The notes below the pieces were generated by a model. It saw nothing but the letters and a program-made list of their open reading frames with translations. It did no database searches and was not told the DNA's origin. DNA of 64,000 nt from Blasia pusilla (taxonomy: Eukaryota). Made by a program: the position numbers and the translations under genes. The DNA lies in NCBI GenBank assembly GCA_050084515.1, contig CM114271.1, positions 9,796,001 through 9,860,000 of the forward strand, given 5' to 3'. Below are positions 34,750 to 47,620 of the stretch, in pieces; the first letter of the stretch is position 1; each line of letters opens with the position of its first letter.

Positions 34750-36900
34750 GCGGTGTCGGGCTTTGGGTTCCCACGAAGTTCAAAGAGGAGACTGCTTCGG
34801 TCTTCAACGAAGCACGAAGAGGCAAACAGACTTTTTTCGTCAATCAAGACCAAGAAGACCTGGCCATTATCCTACACGCCATGCTCTAACCATTGCCGAC
34901 GGTGTCGGTATATCTTTGCCGCCACATCCAAGAAACCGTTAAGGGATTGCATCGACATAAGTCAGTGGCTACTACTTAGGCGTTCATTTTCATGGACGGA
35001 GAGCCTCCAAGGTTTTGCAGCAAGCCAAAGCACGGAGCACATAGGGATCAACTTGTGGCACATTGCTCGACACCAACGATGCCTTGTGAAGACCCATCTC
35101 CCATCATGCAAAACGCAACCATGCCAATTATTAAGCTTATGCCCAAGTTAATCAAAGCGCTCAAACAACGGTTGCGGGTAACATTTTTCCAATCAAATTG
35201 GACTCTTACCTCATGAGAGCTTCTCGGGGAGGTTTGTTATTTGGCTCGAGGCCGCCAAATTCAAGAAATTGGGGTTTTGGTACCAAGCCCAACCACAAAA
35301 TTGGACTCCGGATGATTGGAGGGTGACGTATATGCTTCCTGCTGCTCCTGGGTATGAGTATGACAATGACTTGTTGGTGAAGCACAAAGATGTGTTGGCG
35401 TTGGGATGTGTGATGTCACATTTCTTAAGAAGGAATGGCTATAACGCAACATCCTTGTCCCCACTCTTGTTTGGACAATTCTGCAAGCACTTGATGGCCT
35501 TGTTCTATCTTGCTCGTTCTTACTACCTAAGTAATAAGCTTGTCAAGATGTGCTATATGTTGTGGAATCAACATTTGGAACCCGAAGCACCAGGTGTAGA
35601 CTTCACTACCTTCTTGGACAGACAAGTGCGCAGGATGATCAAAACGCTTCATCTGGTTACGAAGTCTTTCTTATCGCCTTTCTTAATTCATTTTTACATT
35701 CATAAGAAGGAACTTCCAGCGGATGAGGCGCTAGATTGGACGCAATTGACTCCGGTGCGCATGCCAAAGTCGGATGACACTTCTGCTTTGGGAAGTTGTG
35801 AAGTCACGCTGACTCATGAAGCAAGTCGGAGGTGACAACAACCTAGTTCTTCTTTGGGCAAAGACAAAGATCGATCCGAAGTACCAAGACCAAAGCGCGT
35901 ACGGGTAAACTTTGAGATGCCTTTGGACACAGACCCTGGACCACCGGAAGATCCAGTTGAGACACCCAACAATACCGACACCTCCCAAACTCTTTGTCAC
36001 ATGCCGAGGACTTCAATGCATCTTTTGTGGTTCTTGAATCTTGCCGTACCAGTCATAAACCACCTACATAAGGTATTACACGTGGGCGATGAGACAGGAG
36101 CGGAACAATATATCTAGGCGTTGAATGAACTTGACACCAATGCACAGTCTTTGTTAGAGAACTAAGCACAACAAAGCCTGCTACAGCAACAGCTCGAGCC
36201 TCGCAATCAAGAGCTCGACGACACTAAGGTGACGCTTTGTAAAGCTCAAGCGGAGTTGGTACAAGCGTAGTATGAATCCCGGAATGCACAAAAATGGGAA
36301 ATTTTGGCAATCAATATAGAGTTTTGGGCAGATCAGTTGGTTGCGCAAGTCAAGCAGGCTTAGCAGTTGATTCGGTAGTATCAACAACAAGTGGCTCTTC
36401 TACAAATGGAATTCAAGAAAGTAGCGTGGCATAATGCTCAGATGTCCAAATTACTACAAGATCAGCAAGAAACCAACACCGACTTGCTAGCACAATGGTC
36501 ATAAGCCACAGGGAGGATCTCAATCTTGGAAGGACAACAAAAGCTTCTAAACAAAGTGCACCTAGATCCCAAAGACGTTAAGGAGATTGTGGAGGAGGCC
36601 CATAAGAACTTCGAACAAGAAATGATCAAAGAAATATCATATATCAACAAACACTGGAAACGCCAGTTCGATAACCATGCAAAGCCACTTGTGGAAGCAT
36701 CACCAACCATTACGGTTGCACTTGAAGAGCTTCCTCCATTTATACCCTCGGATGTCTTAGTCGAGAACAAAGTGCTTGGGACTTTGTTGGTCATTATTAA
36801 GTGGAGAGAGAAAATGAGGAATACATGCCCAACATCATCAACAAACCTTCGACTATTCATGGTCGTTTTCCCCCTGCAACCGAGTTTGAAGGATTAGAAG
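34750..36900 (+). pseudogene. Extra sense ORF downstream of gypsy pol (unknown function, C-terminal coiled coil)
   Basis: ORF pieces 34992-35216, 35269-35835, 35854-36117, 36526-36897. Homologues at 38288-40900 (-) and 44760-46700 (+) keep ARSYYLSN, FLSPFLIH, ALDWxQLT and PRPKRVRVxF. Confidence 0.7.
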
Positions 36901-36973
36901 ATACATTTATGGACTTAGATGTAGAACAATGAAGTGTTTGTCGGGGTGGCTCACATTTGAGGGAGGGGGTATG

Positions 36974-38287
36974 TGATACCCAAAAATTTATAATTTTGCA
37001 GATTAATACATTTTTATTCAACCTGAGTATGGATCTCTTCAAGGATGAAGACTACTTGAAGTAAAGTTTGTATATACAAGACTGCCTTGAATATTATTTT
37101 TGCGTATTGGATATTATGAGGAATATTGGAGTGGATGATGAAGCTCCTAGGACAAGGCAGAGAGATGGAATATCAAGGATTTGCCTTGGAGGAGAGGGAA
37201 ATGAACTCAAAAAGTCTAAAGACCAAGAGCGAAGCTTGACAAAGACAACGAAGCCTAATCAAGAACCTAGTTATGGAGTGCTTCGCCCTTTAACGGAGCA
37301 CAAAGAAGAAGCATAAGTACTTTTCTCTTCAACAAAGCACCAAGACCAAGCAGTAGTGCTTCGCGTAAGAACGAAGCATTTGGAACAAGCGCGAAGAATG
37401 CAGTGCTTCATCTTCAGAAGAAGAGGAAGAGCTTTGTCCTTGAAGGAAGAATAAGAGGTCCCGACTTCGCATTGAAGAGAAAATTGGTCACGATTTCAAG
37501 CGGCACACTGTTAGAGTAGTTAGGCTAGGAAGAGGCGTGACTTTTCAGAGTAGATAAGAAGGTAGGACAGTTACGACGAGCGGATTTGTAGAGATCATAT
37601 TAAGAGTCAAGAGAAACGTAGATTTAAATAGTTAAAAGATCCCAATAGGTGCTTACTTAGCAAGAAGCGCTTCAGATCATTGGTACTAATGTTGTTTGGA
37701 AGGATATTTAAGGATCATCAACATAGTGATCAACATCATTCTCTTACGATGTCCTTATGCTGTAGCAATGGTCCGAGCAAGAGAGTAGTATCCTCTCGTG
37801 CTTGTATACACTTTGAAGCTTTCTTGTTCTTGATGGAATAGTAAAGAACCCATTTCTTCACTCTGATGTGCGATGCATATGTTTGAGAATTCTTATTGGG
37901 TGTGCAGAGTGAGGAGTGGATTAGGAGAGCAACTTTCACCAATAGAATAACCAACATCAAGATGTGAGAAATCCGTTCGACAGAGAGTAGCCTGCCAAGA
38001 CGGATTGAGTTCCGAAAGTAGGCGAAGCCGTCTTCTTGTTGAGACCTCTCTGAGGTTCTTTGGTATTGAGTGAAGATGTACCTGAGCGTGAATTCAATTC
38101 CAGTGGAGAGAATCAAGGAAAGACATTGTGGTACTAATGGAGAGAAGAATATGATGATAACAAATTGAATCCGAATTGTATACACTTAACTACAACTATT
38201 GCAAGATAAACCCCAATTTAAACTCTCTTTTCAGATAATCGTGATCCTCTTGGGGATTGAACTCATTAAATTACCATAAAAAGATCA
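36974..38287 (+). repeat. Gypsy 3' LTR (~1.3 kb)
   Basis: Follows the PPT; TGAT...ATCA ends; related sequence at ~43600-44575. The start could be 36972. Confidence 0.7.
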
Positions 38288-40900
38288 ATTCTTATAATTC
38301 TTGTACATTACATCCACCAAGTACTCCGTTGGTCCCATGGAATCCCCCAAGCAAAGCATCTGTTGTATTTTTGTCATGATTGGCAAAGTTAGACTTGAGA
38401 ACCATGTGAAGTGAGACATAGTACTCAACATCTTACGGAGAGTGAAAACCTCTTCGTTATTGTGAAGTGTCTTCATTTGCTTGTCTGTTTCGGCTGGTTC
38501 GTCCTTGGTTGGTACATTGAAATCCACTCTTATGCGCTTTGGCTGTGGCACTTCCGGACACTCCTCATACTATGTTGAGGAAGAACTTTGGTGCATTCTT
38601 GGGTAAGCCGCTTTGCTTTGTGGAGTCTCGATGACCTCTCTTCAACCCAAAGCGGAAGCATCGCTAGTTTGTGGCATACGTATGGATGTCAATTGAACCC
38701 AATCTAGAGCTTTGTCAAGCAAAAGCTCCTTCTTATGCATACACAAGTGGATCAAGAATGGTGTTAAATATGACTTGTTATTTGGATGCAAGACTTCTAT
38801 CTTTTGCCTAACCTGTCGTTCCAGAAAAGTAGAAAAATCCACGTCCAACTCCATAGGATTTTTGTGTTGAGTCCACAAAATGTGGCATATGTACACATGT
38901 TCATTGCTCAAATAGTACGAGCGGGCAGGAAAGAAGAGAGTCATAAGGTGCTTACAAAACTATGAAAATAGGGGCGGAGGGAATAACGAAGCTTTGTACC
39001 CGTTTATACGTAATCTGTTCGAGTTGAAACAGCCCAAGGCTACCAAATCTTCATGTCGAATTTGCACTTCGCAATCATACTGTATGTCAGGGGCGGCAGG
39101 TAACTGCTAGGTGCCATGCCTAATCATCCACCGTCTAGTTCTCCAACTGTGCCCGAACGACAAAGCCCTTTTTTCCTGAGCCGTTCTCCCCACTTTCTCC
39201 TCCTTAGTTACCTCCGGTCAGTCTGGGCTCCAATCTTCCTTGATGGAAGCCCACTTTGAGGCAGTTTTTAGAGGCACTATGTCTGACGGGAATATCCCCA
39301 TGGAGGTTAGGGCCCGTATTCGCTCTTGCTCCGGAAAGGGGCAGGCTCATGGGTAGGGGCGCCCCTTCTCCAGCTTTCGTGATCGCACCACTTACCTATA
39401 CCAGCGATGCGGTTCCGCTTGGGCCTCCCCCAACCATCAGTGGTTGGTTCGACACATTGCGAGTGTCGCCGGAGCCTGGATCCACTTGGTGTGCATTTGG
39501 CACGCTGTCCAGTTGGGGGTGAGAGGATAGCCACTCACGATGTAGTGCGGGATATCATGTTCAGTATTGCTCGGGAGAGTGGCTTCCATGTGCAGAGAGA
39601 GAGGCACTACTCCTTGCGGGATTCCCTCATTCGTGCCGATCTCTACATGACACGTGAGGCTGAGGTGGTTGTGGCGGACGTGGTAGTCACAGATCCCACG
39701 CAGAGGGGTGCGAGCCCAAGTGGTGGCCCAAGGGCGAATGCTACAAGGAGCGGCGGCGGCGAAGAAGACACATATCTACAGTCGACTACACGAGGGACAC
39801 ATCTTCATCCCCCTGGCCATAGAGATGTATGGGGCTATGGGGGAGAGGTTCGACTCGTTCCTTACGGACTGCGCCCATCATCTCCACTCGAGAAATGGGT
39901 TGTCCTTAGCTACTGCGATTTTGTATTGTAGGCAGCGGGTCTCCATAGCGTTGCAGCGTGCCCAGGCCAATGGGATTTTGCGGCGGGCTCAGGCTGTGGG
40001 AGACGCCGGCGCTAGAGGCCCACTTAGTAGTAGTCATAGCTCTCTTGTTGTTCTTGATATTGTCTCTGCTTTGTTGGTGAGTTTCGTCGTTAGGGGGAAT
40101 GCCCCCTTCTTCCTTTTCTGGTCGTGTTGTGGCCTTCAGGTTTTGACTCTTTGAGTCCCCCTCTTTTGTACTTCCGATGGGTTTTCCATCACTCGTTTTT
40201 ATCGAAGTGCATCTTTCTTTCTTTTTCCTGAAATGCTTCACTGCTCGGCTTGATCTTAGCTCGCCCTGCAACTCCGTAGAAGTTAATGACCAGTTTGCTT
40301 GGAAGAATGTAGCCAAAGACCATTGTTATAACGCTTCTAGGCTCTCGGCGTTGAGATTCACACTTGGCAGCACTGTGCTTTGCATAATCGGAATAACTTT
40401 TTCCTGAAATGCTCCGTTGCTTGGCTTGATCTTAGCTCGCCCTGCAACTCTGTGGACGTTAATGACCAATTCGCTTGGAAGAACATAGCCAAAGACCGTT
40501 GTTCTAACACTTCCACAATCTTGGCGTTGAGATTCACACGTGGCAGCACTGTGCTTTGCACAATTGGAATAACTTTTTTCGCATGACATCGGAAGTGCCG
40601 ATCTAGGATGAGTTGGTTTATGCTTGCGTGCTCCTTTTTTTGGCCTACTCCTCACTTGCGGTTGCTTTGTATCCATGAAAAATGAGAGAATGCGAGTTCA
40701 AGGGGTCTAGTCTTGGTTCTTGATAACTATTTCTTGTTGTAACGGCTGCTTGTTTTCAATATGTTGGTTGCATCTTCCAGATCCTCGCACGAGGACAAAG
40801 ACCATGTAACCGCTGTGCCAAAATGCTTCGTTACTTCTTACGAGGGGAAGCGCTACTCCTTCCTCAGTCTTCAGTCAAGGTATGTTTCGAGAAAATGAAA
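38288..40900 (-). pseudogene. Second, inverted copy of the gypsy extra ORF, interrupted by a non-LTR element and carrying a ~176-bp tandem duplication (40222-40575)
   Basis: ORFs 38285-38551, 38642-38944 and 40358-40561 are homologous to 35269-36117 and 34992-35216. Confidence 0.75.
39180..40221 (+). mobile_element. 5'-truncated RLE-type non-LTR retrotransposon (CRE-like)
   Basis: CCHC finger CECRRSLDPLGVHLARC, RADL...VADVVVTDP, KKTHIY...FIPLAIEMYG (restriction-like endonuclease); TSD TTTTTCCTGA (39170-39179, 40222-40231). Confidence 0.85.
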
Positions 40901-42802
40901 TCTTTTTATATGCATCCCATTCACATGCGTAGGCAATGCTTCACCTTCTTACATCTCCAACTTCAAGGAACCATTCTCAAAAATTTGAATCACTCCGTAA
41001 GGTCCCATCTAGTTCAGTTTAAGCTTCCCTAGAAACTTCAGACGTCGGTTATTATAGAGCAACACAAGATCTCCTTCACTAATAGATTGAGGTTGAAGAT
41101 GTTTATCATAGCTCTTCTTCCTCTCCGCTTGCATAGTCTTTGTATGTTGGAGAGCAAAGAGCCTTACCTCTTTGAGTGCTACCAAGTCTTCATTCCTCTT
41201 CTTTGTTATGATTGGTTCCTCTTCGTCACATGTATCTTTCAGAATTCAACAGGTAGGAAGATCCCATTCAATCAGGGGCTGGTATTCCGACAGGAGAGAG
41301 GAAGAGAGGAGAGTCTCTCTTAAAAAAAGGGCGGAATTTGCCTCCTCTCTTCAAAAATTCATGACATTTCTTTATATTTTTCTCTCTTTCAAATGGTAAC
41401 AAGTGGACCAGATTGGGGCATAAACTAACCTCATTTTTCCAGGCTTGGATCTAATAGTAGATAGAAGGAGACCACTTCATACATGCTTACATCACTCTCT
41501 ATGTAAGCCAATTTTTTTCCAAATTGGTTTGTAAGCCAGTAAGAGGGAAAGCCAGCCAAAGGGTATATTATTGTTGTATAACCATCTGCAACATTTTTAT
41601 CAGTACAAAACTATTTTCATAACAATGATAGGTGCTAATAAACAATCAAACTATGGTGTCGATACACGACATTTCCTTCAAGGTTTGAATTCTCAATAGA
41701 TGAAAAGACGATGGGCTCTTAATACATCAATGCATGAAAAATCTCAACCGATCAATGCAGATCCATCAGATGGGGTTTTTTCATAACATAACAAATCAAA
41801 TCCGTACTCATCAAATCAAAATACAATCTGATGACTAGGTCTAGCCCAAGACTTTCACTGATGATAGATGGGATTTTTTCTCTGACTGATGATAGTCTTG
41901 GAGATAAAGGAATTGAAAAAGATGACAGGTGATTTGGTGAAATCACATGTCATTAGAAATGTTGGCTCACGAATAGGCACATGTGGAGGCTGATGGGCGT
42001 CTAGCAACTCTATTTAAACACACATGTGAGAATTAGAGGAACCAAACAAGAAGGCCTAGAAGGAAGGACTGAGAGGAAAATGGAAGCATTCAGCCAGCCA
42101 ACCTGTCAGAATCCTACAGGTTGCTAGATGTCAGAAGTCAATAAACGCTAGTGACCTAACAAGAGAAGAGAGAGAATGAAGTGAATACAAGGCATCATCC
42201 TTACATGCAACCTGTTGGAATCCGATAAGTTGCATGAAAGATGAAGGTTGGATGTAAGAACCCGTCAAACTAATCCCCTAAACCCTAAACTTGTCAAAAT
42301 CCGACACGTTGCAGGACAAGAGACGAGGAGATACCGAAAACAAACATGACAGATCAGGGGTAAGAAAATTGAAAGAAGTACAGCCCAAAAATTTTGAAAA
42401 GCATATTTCAAGTTGTTTATTGAAATTCATTTGCAATTCAGATATTTACATTGGATTTCTTGAACTAAACTCTTGTATATGATCTCTTCCGCCTCGTCAT
42501 CTACAAAAATGTTCCTAAGTCTCTTTGGTTCCTATACAAAAGACTTCACCAGGCTAACTAGTGGTTCCTCTTGACAATTGTAGATGGGGATGGAAAAAGA
42601 AGGGGAACTTGAGAGTCTTGCCCTCCTAGGTGCTCCATATCGGTCCTATTTCACTTAAGATATGTCCCAACGCCTACCCTGACATGTTATCTTGTATGCT
42701 CTCCAAAGTGACACCCATATAGGATCAATATGTGTTGCTCTCCATCTTAAAACCACTACTAGCCCACTCCAAAATGTGTGAAATCCAACAAGCCAGTGCA
42801 CT

Positions 42803-43330
42803 CACTCATCATCATCAAAAAGCTCCTCCAAAATTACCGCCGACCTTGCTCGCCCGATCTTGGGAATCATAGATAGTGACGATGGTGTCACTACCAATGG
42901 CTCTTCTGGAGGTGGATTTTTCCATGGAGGCGAATTGTATAATCTCAACTACCTCTCATAATCCATCTTGGCATGTTGGCACAACACCAAAAACTCCCTC
43001 CTTGACTCAAGGCAGAGAATGTTGCATCCGCTATGCCACACGGATCTAACATTGGCCCCAAATAACCCAACCAAATCCATCACCAAGTCTCCCAGGCGTA
43101 GGCAGAGCTCCATCAAGGTCTGCATCAGCGCTAGGGACTTATGCCTACCTCCTAGCAGTGGCAGACCGTCCATCATGAAAATTCCTAGGGGTGAATTGTT
43201 CAAGCTGTTCAAACTATAACCATCAGACGAAGGATCAAGTGGATCGTCAATCTTGAAAACTTGGAATGTGTACTCCGGTCGCACAAAAAAAAAAAAAAAA
43301 TTTTCGAATACTCGATCTACACCAAAAGTT
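42803..43330 (-). pseudogene. Diverged MTase-like last exon
   Basis: FVRPEYTFQVFKIDDPLDP...HKSLALMQTLMELCLRLGDLVMDLVGLFGA...GCNILCLE. Confidence 0.8.
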
Positions 43331-43599
43331 CCCATAATGTTGGTCAACATGAAGAAGGAACAAGAGAAGAGAATGAATGGTACAAGAAAGCAAGCAAGTG
43401 TGCCAAAAAAATGGAAGACATTTATTCCTAGGGGCAACTAAGAATTGAGGGAGAAATTTAGCTTGTATTCTGTGCAACCCTTCTAAATTCGACGGTTTGC
43501 ACAGAAGCCACACTAAAATATGACAAAATTGTAACCCATCGAAACCCAACGGTGCGATACCTTCAATTTGGATATTTTGAGGATAGGCACAATTTTGTA

Positions 43600-44575
43600 T
43601 CAAAAAGAGTACAGAAGTCTTTAGGAATGAAGACTGAAGATTATATGGAAGTAAAGCTTATATATAAAAGGAGTGCTTCAATATGATTTTGTTGTAATGT
43701 AAGAATGAGGAGTATGGGAATGGATTATGAACATGGTATCACAAAAATGTACAAGTCCTTCCTTAGGACGGACATGGGTTCCAAATAGGTGGGACCCACA
43801 CTTTTAGTCCATGATGGAAGGCAAGGCAAAGATGAGAGGAGCAATGAGGGAGGAGGGAGTGGAGGTGGAGGGAGAAAGAAATGGGGGAGTATGGAACACG
43901 AAGGCAAGGGGAATGAGAAAGAAGGCCTATACGGACAAGTCCTTCCATAGGACGGACATAAGTCCACAAACACGGACTTTTTCCACATGCAACCTTGATT
44001 ATGAAGCTCCTAGGATAAGGCAGAGAGGTGGAACATCAAGGACTTTCCTGGGAGGAGAGGGAAATGAGTTCACGAAGTTTGAAGACCAAGAGCAAGGCTC
44101 GACAAAGACAACAAAGCACGATAAAGAACGTGTTAATGAAGTACTTTGTTCTTTAACGAAACACGAAGACGAAGCATCAGTACTTCAAGCATAGATGAAG
44201 GACGAAGAATGAAGCGCTTCGTCAGTTAACAAAGAAGAAGAGGTCTCGACTTCGCAGCGTTGATAAGACTGTTCGCGATTTCAAGCGGCACATCGTTAGT
44301 TAGGCTAGGAACATGCATGACTTTTCGGAGTAGATAGGAAGGTAGGATAGTTACGACTAGTAGGAGAAGCCATCTTATGGCTGAAATCTCCATGAGGTTC
44401 TTTGGTGTTGAGTGAGGATATGCCTGAGTGCTCATTCCGATTCCACTTGAGAGGATAGATAGAAGGAAATATTGGTACTTGTGAGATGTCGAATGACATG
44501 ATAAATGATTGAATTTGACTTGTATACACACAACTACAATCTTTACATGATAAAAAACACATTAAGCTCTCTTTT
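43600..44575 (+). repeat. Degenerate, internally deleted LTR related to 36974-38287
   Basis: Shares GAAGCTCCTAGGA(C/T)AAGGCAGAGA, GGAGGAGAGGGAAATGA, GATTTCAAGCGGCACA and CTCTCTTTTCA blocks. Confidence 0.75.
43732..43997. mobile_element. 266-bp hAT-type MITE
   Basis: 8-bp TSD ATTATGAA (43724-43731, 43998-44005); imperfect TIRs CATGGTATCA / CAAGGTTGCA; interrupts the LTR-like sequence. Confidence 0.75.
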
Positions 44576-44759
44576 CAAACCCCCAAAATGAAAAATTTTC
44601 CCTAACCCATCCCACAGAAAAAAACTTTCCTCTCTCCAAACTGTCGAAAACTCTCTTTAACCTGTCAGAAAGAGAGCCCTAGGGGTTGCCAATATCTTCC
44701 TCTCTCCTCTCTCATCTCTCCTCTCCTGTTACGGCTCCTCAACCTCTGAGGGAGGGGGG

Positions 44760-46710
44760 GGTAGTGCTTCTCGATGAGGTACCTCACTCAGGGATGAAGC
44801 ACCCTTCTCGGCGTAGTGCTTCACTCTTATACAAAGCAGTCCGGTGGCAAAGTACTTCGCACCTCGATGAAGCATCCTATATGAGGTGCTTGACCCAAGA
44901 ATGAAGCAGGCTAGGAACCACGCAGTTACGGCCGAATGTAACGTTCCGACAGAGAACCGCTAGTGCGCCACAACACTTAGCCCTAGTCGCCCTTGACCAA
45001 GAAACAGTTATCAAGATCTGAGGTCTACCACCCGTGCCTCAGCCATTTTTGTCATTCTCATGGATACAAGGCAGCCGAAAGCATGAAGCTAGCCAAAGAG
45101 AGGAGCGCACAAGAAACGTCTTGCCCGTCCTTGGTTTGCGACCAAGATGCCCCGCGAAGAAGCTCTTCCCATCATGCAAAGCGCGGCAATGCCAAGAATG
45201 AAGCTTAGTGCCGAGCTGATCGAGGCATTGGAAGAGCAATCTCTTGCCACCTTCTTCCAATCAGATTGGACCCTTACATCCGGAGAACTTCTCGAGGAGT
45301 TGCGGTCTCATTGAGCTGCGGAGCAATTCAAGCGTCAAGGATTCGTCTATCGGGCTCAACCAAAGAACTAGACTGCAGATGACTGAAGAGCCACCTACAC
45401 GATGTCTGATGCACCCAAAGTCGAGTACGAAAATGAGGCACTAGTCAAACATGAAGACGTGCTTGCATTGGGATGCATTACCTCATAGCGCTTGGGACAA
45501 AATGGATACAATCCGTCTTCGTTGTTGCCACCTTTGTTTGTAGAGTTTTGCAAACATCTTATGACCCTTTTCTTCCCTGCTCATTTGTATTATTAAAGTA
45601 ACAAGTTGGTGAACATGTGTTACTTGCTATGGACACACCATGAGAATCACGAAGCACCAGGAGGAGACTTCACTTCTTTCTTGGACGGCCAAGTTAGACA
45701 GATGATAGAGGTTCTTCATCCTAACATGAAGTCCTTTTTGTCTCCGTTCTTGATCCACATCTATATACACAAGCAAGATCTTTATACTAACGAAGCTCTT
45801 GATTGGGTGCAACTCACACCGGTAGGCATGCCCAAGACTAGTGAAGCTTTGGCTTCGGGCAGTCGCAAAGTCACAGAGATGCCTCCAAGCAACGTGATTC
45901 GGCGTCGGCAACAACGGCGCTCGTCTTCGGCACAGGACAAAGAGCGTCAAGAGGCACCAAGACCAAAGCGGGTGCGGGTAGACTTTGACCTTCCCATTGC
46001 AGCAAAACCAGTTGCTAGTGAAGAGCAAATAGAGACACCGAGCAACAACGAGGAGGTCTTTACTCTTCACGGAATATCGAGGACTACGTCACACTTTTCT
46101 TGGTTCTTGGGTCTTGCCTTACCCGTGATGAACGAGCTGCAGAAGCTACTTCGCTTGGGTGATGAGGCGGGTGCGATGGAGTACTTGGCCGCCTTACACG
46201 ACTTGCACCATAAGGCAGAGGCTGCAATAGAACGTGAAGCAATTCGGGATATATTGGAATGACAAGTCGAGATCCAAGATCAAGAACTGGCCGACATTAA
46301 GGTAGTGCTTCGTAAGGCAAAAAGTGACTTGGTCACTACAAAGTATGAGTCCAAGAATGCAAGGCAGTGGGAAAGCTTGGCTATGAATATAGAATGTGGA
46401 GGAGATCACAAGTATGCACAACTGCAGCAAGCTTTGCAACAGGCTCATCAGTATCAACAGCAAGTGGATCTCTTGAAGCTCAAGAAGATTGCCACACACA
46501 ATGCGCAGATGCAAAAGCTCCTGCAAGAGCAACATGCAACAAAGATGGACTTAGTCGCATAGTTGTCCCAATCTAATAGACGAATCTCAATCTTGGAAGC
46601 AAAGAAAAAGCTCCACAAAGAGGTCTAGCTTTACCCGCAAGACGCCAAAGAACCGGTGGACAAAGCATTGAGGAACTTTGAGCAACAAATCATGGATGAG
46701 CACCGATCAC
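44760..46710 (+). pseudogene. Third copy of the gypsy extra ORF
   Basis: ORFs 45606-46262 and 46305-46562 are homologous to 35269-36620. Confidence 0.75.
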
Positions 46711-46714
46711 GGGT

Positions 46715-47620
46715 GTATTGTAGGAAGGAAGGACTTCTTGAGATTGGTAGAGATAGATACAAGGCAAGACTTGTGGCAAAGGGATATGCCCCAGGGGATG
46801 GTATTGACTTCAATGAGATTTTCTCACCAATGGTAAAGATTACATCCATTCGTGTATTTCTAGGCATAGTAGCTCTATACGACCTAGACTTGGAGAAACT
46901 TGATGTTACAACTACCTTATTGCATGGAAAGGAGAGTAATGCCAAAGGTTCCTTATGAGAGTGCAATTGGAAGTCTGATGTATGCAATGACATTCACTCG
47001 ACCAAATATCTTGTATGTTGAGAGTGTGGTTAGCAAGTTTATGTCAAACCCAGGGAAGAAACATTGGGAAGCATTGAAGTGGATTTTTCATTACTTGAAA
47101 GGGACCGTGGACATAGGAATTTTCTTTGATGGTAAAGTTGATGGAGCTGGAGCTCTAGTTAGTTATGCGGAATCTGATTTTGTAGGAGATTCACACAAGA
47201 GGAGGTCCACCACTCGTTTTGTGTGCACCACATTGGTGGGTGGACCTGTTTGTTGGAAGTTCATACGACAAGCCTCTATGGCACAATCTACTACATAGGC
47301 TAAGTATATGGTTGCATCTGAGGCAACTAAGCATGTTTTTTGCCTACAGAGACTTGTAGTTGAGTTGGGTTTGTTGCAGGATGGAGTTATCATGTATTGT
47401 GATAGCCTAGAGTGTTGTATACTTCGCTAAAAACCAAGTGTATCATGCCAAGAAAAAGCACATTGATGTTTGATATCATTTTATTTGAGAGGCAATAATT
47501 GAGGGTGTGATCAACCTTCTGAAGATAGGCACTGAGGAAAATGCAACAGATATGTTGACAAAGCCAATTTTGGTGGAGAAGTTCAGACAATGTTTGGACT
47601 TGTTGCATGTTCTACATTCC
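46715..47620 (+). pseudogene. Copia RT/RNase H fragment with internal deletion
   Basis: [11 protein letters not shown]...DFNEIFSP, VPYESAIGSLMYAM, RRSTT, KKHIDV*YHF, ENATDMLTK. Confidence 0.9.

Larger units (their letters stand above)
10654..38287 (+). mobile_element. Decayed Ty3/gypsy LTR retrotransposon (no 5' LTR seen) hosting nested insertions
   Basis: Order gag-PR-RT-RH-IN, extra ORF, polypurine tract GAGGGAGGGGG at ~36959-36969, then LTR. Pol reads through across the nested inserts (LEVEEI|PRVIRDMH). Confidence 0.85.
41274..44740 (-). mobile_element. Copy E: diverged relative of the ParB/MTase MULE (right end, MTase exon, left end; middle replaced by LTR sequence)
   Basis: AGGGGCTGGTATTCCGACAGGAGAGAGG at 41274; MTase-exon homologue 42803-43330; rc of 44600-44740 (GAGGAGCCGTAACAGGAGAGG...AAAGAGAG) matches the left end at 15331. 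No TSD found. Confidence 0.7.

Noticed and set aside
41265-44750. TSD around copy E
   Set aside because: The flanks (ATTCAATC vs A/ACCTCTGA) do not match; the two ends may come from different insertions joined by deletion.
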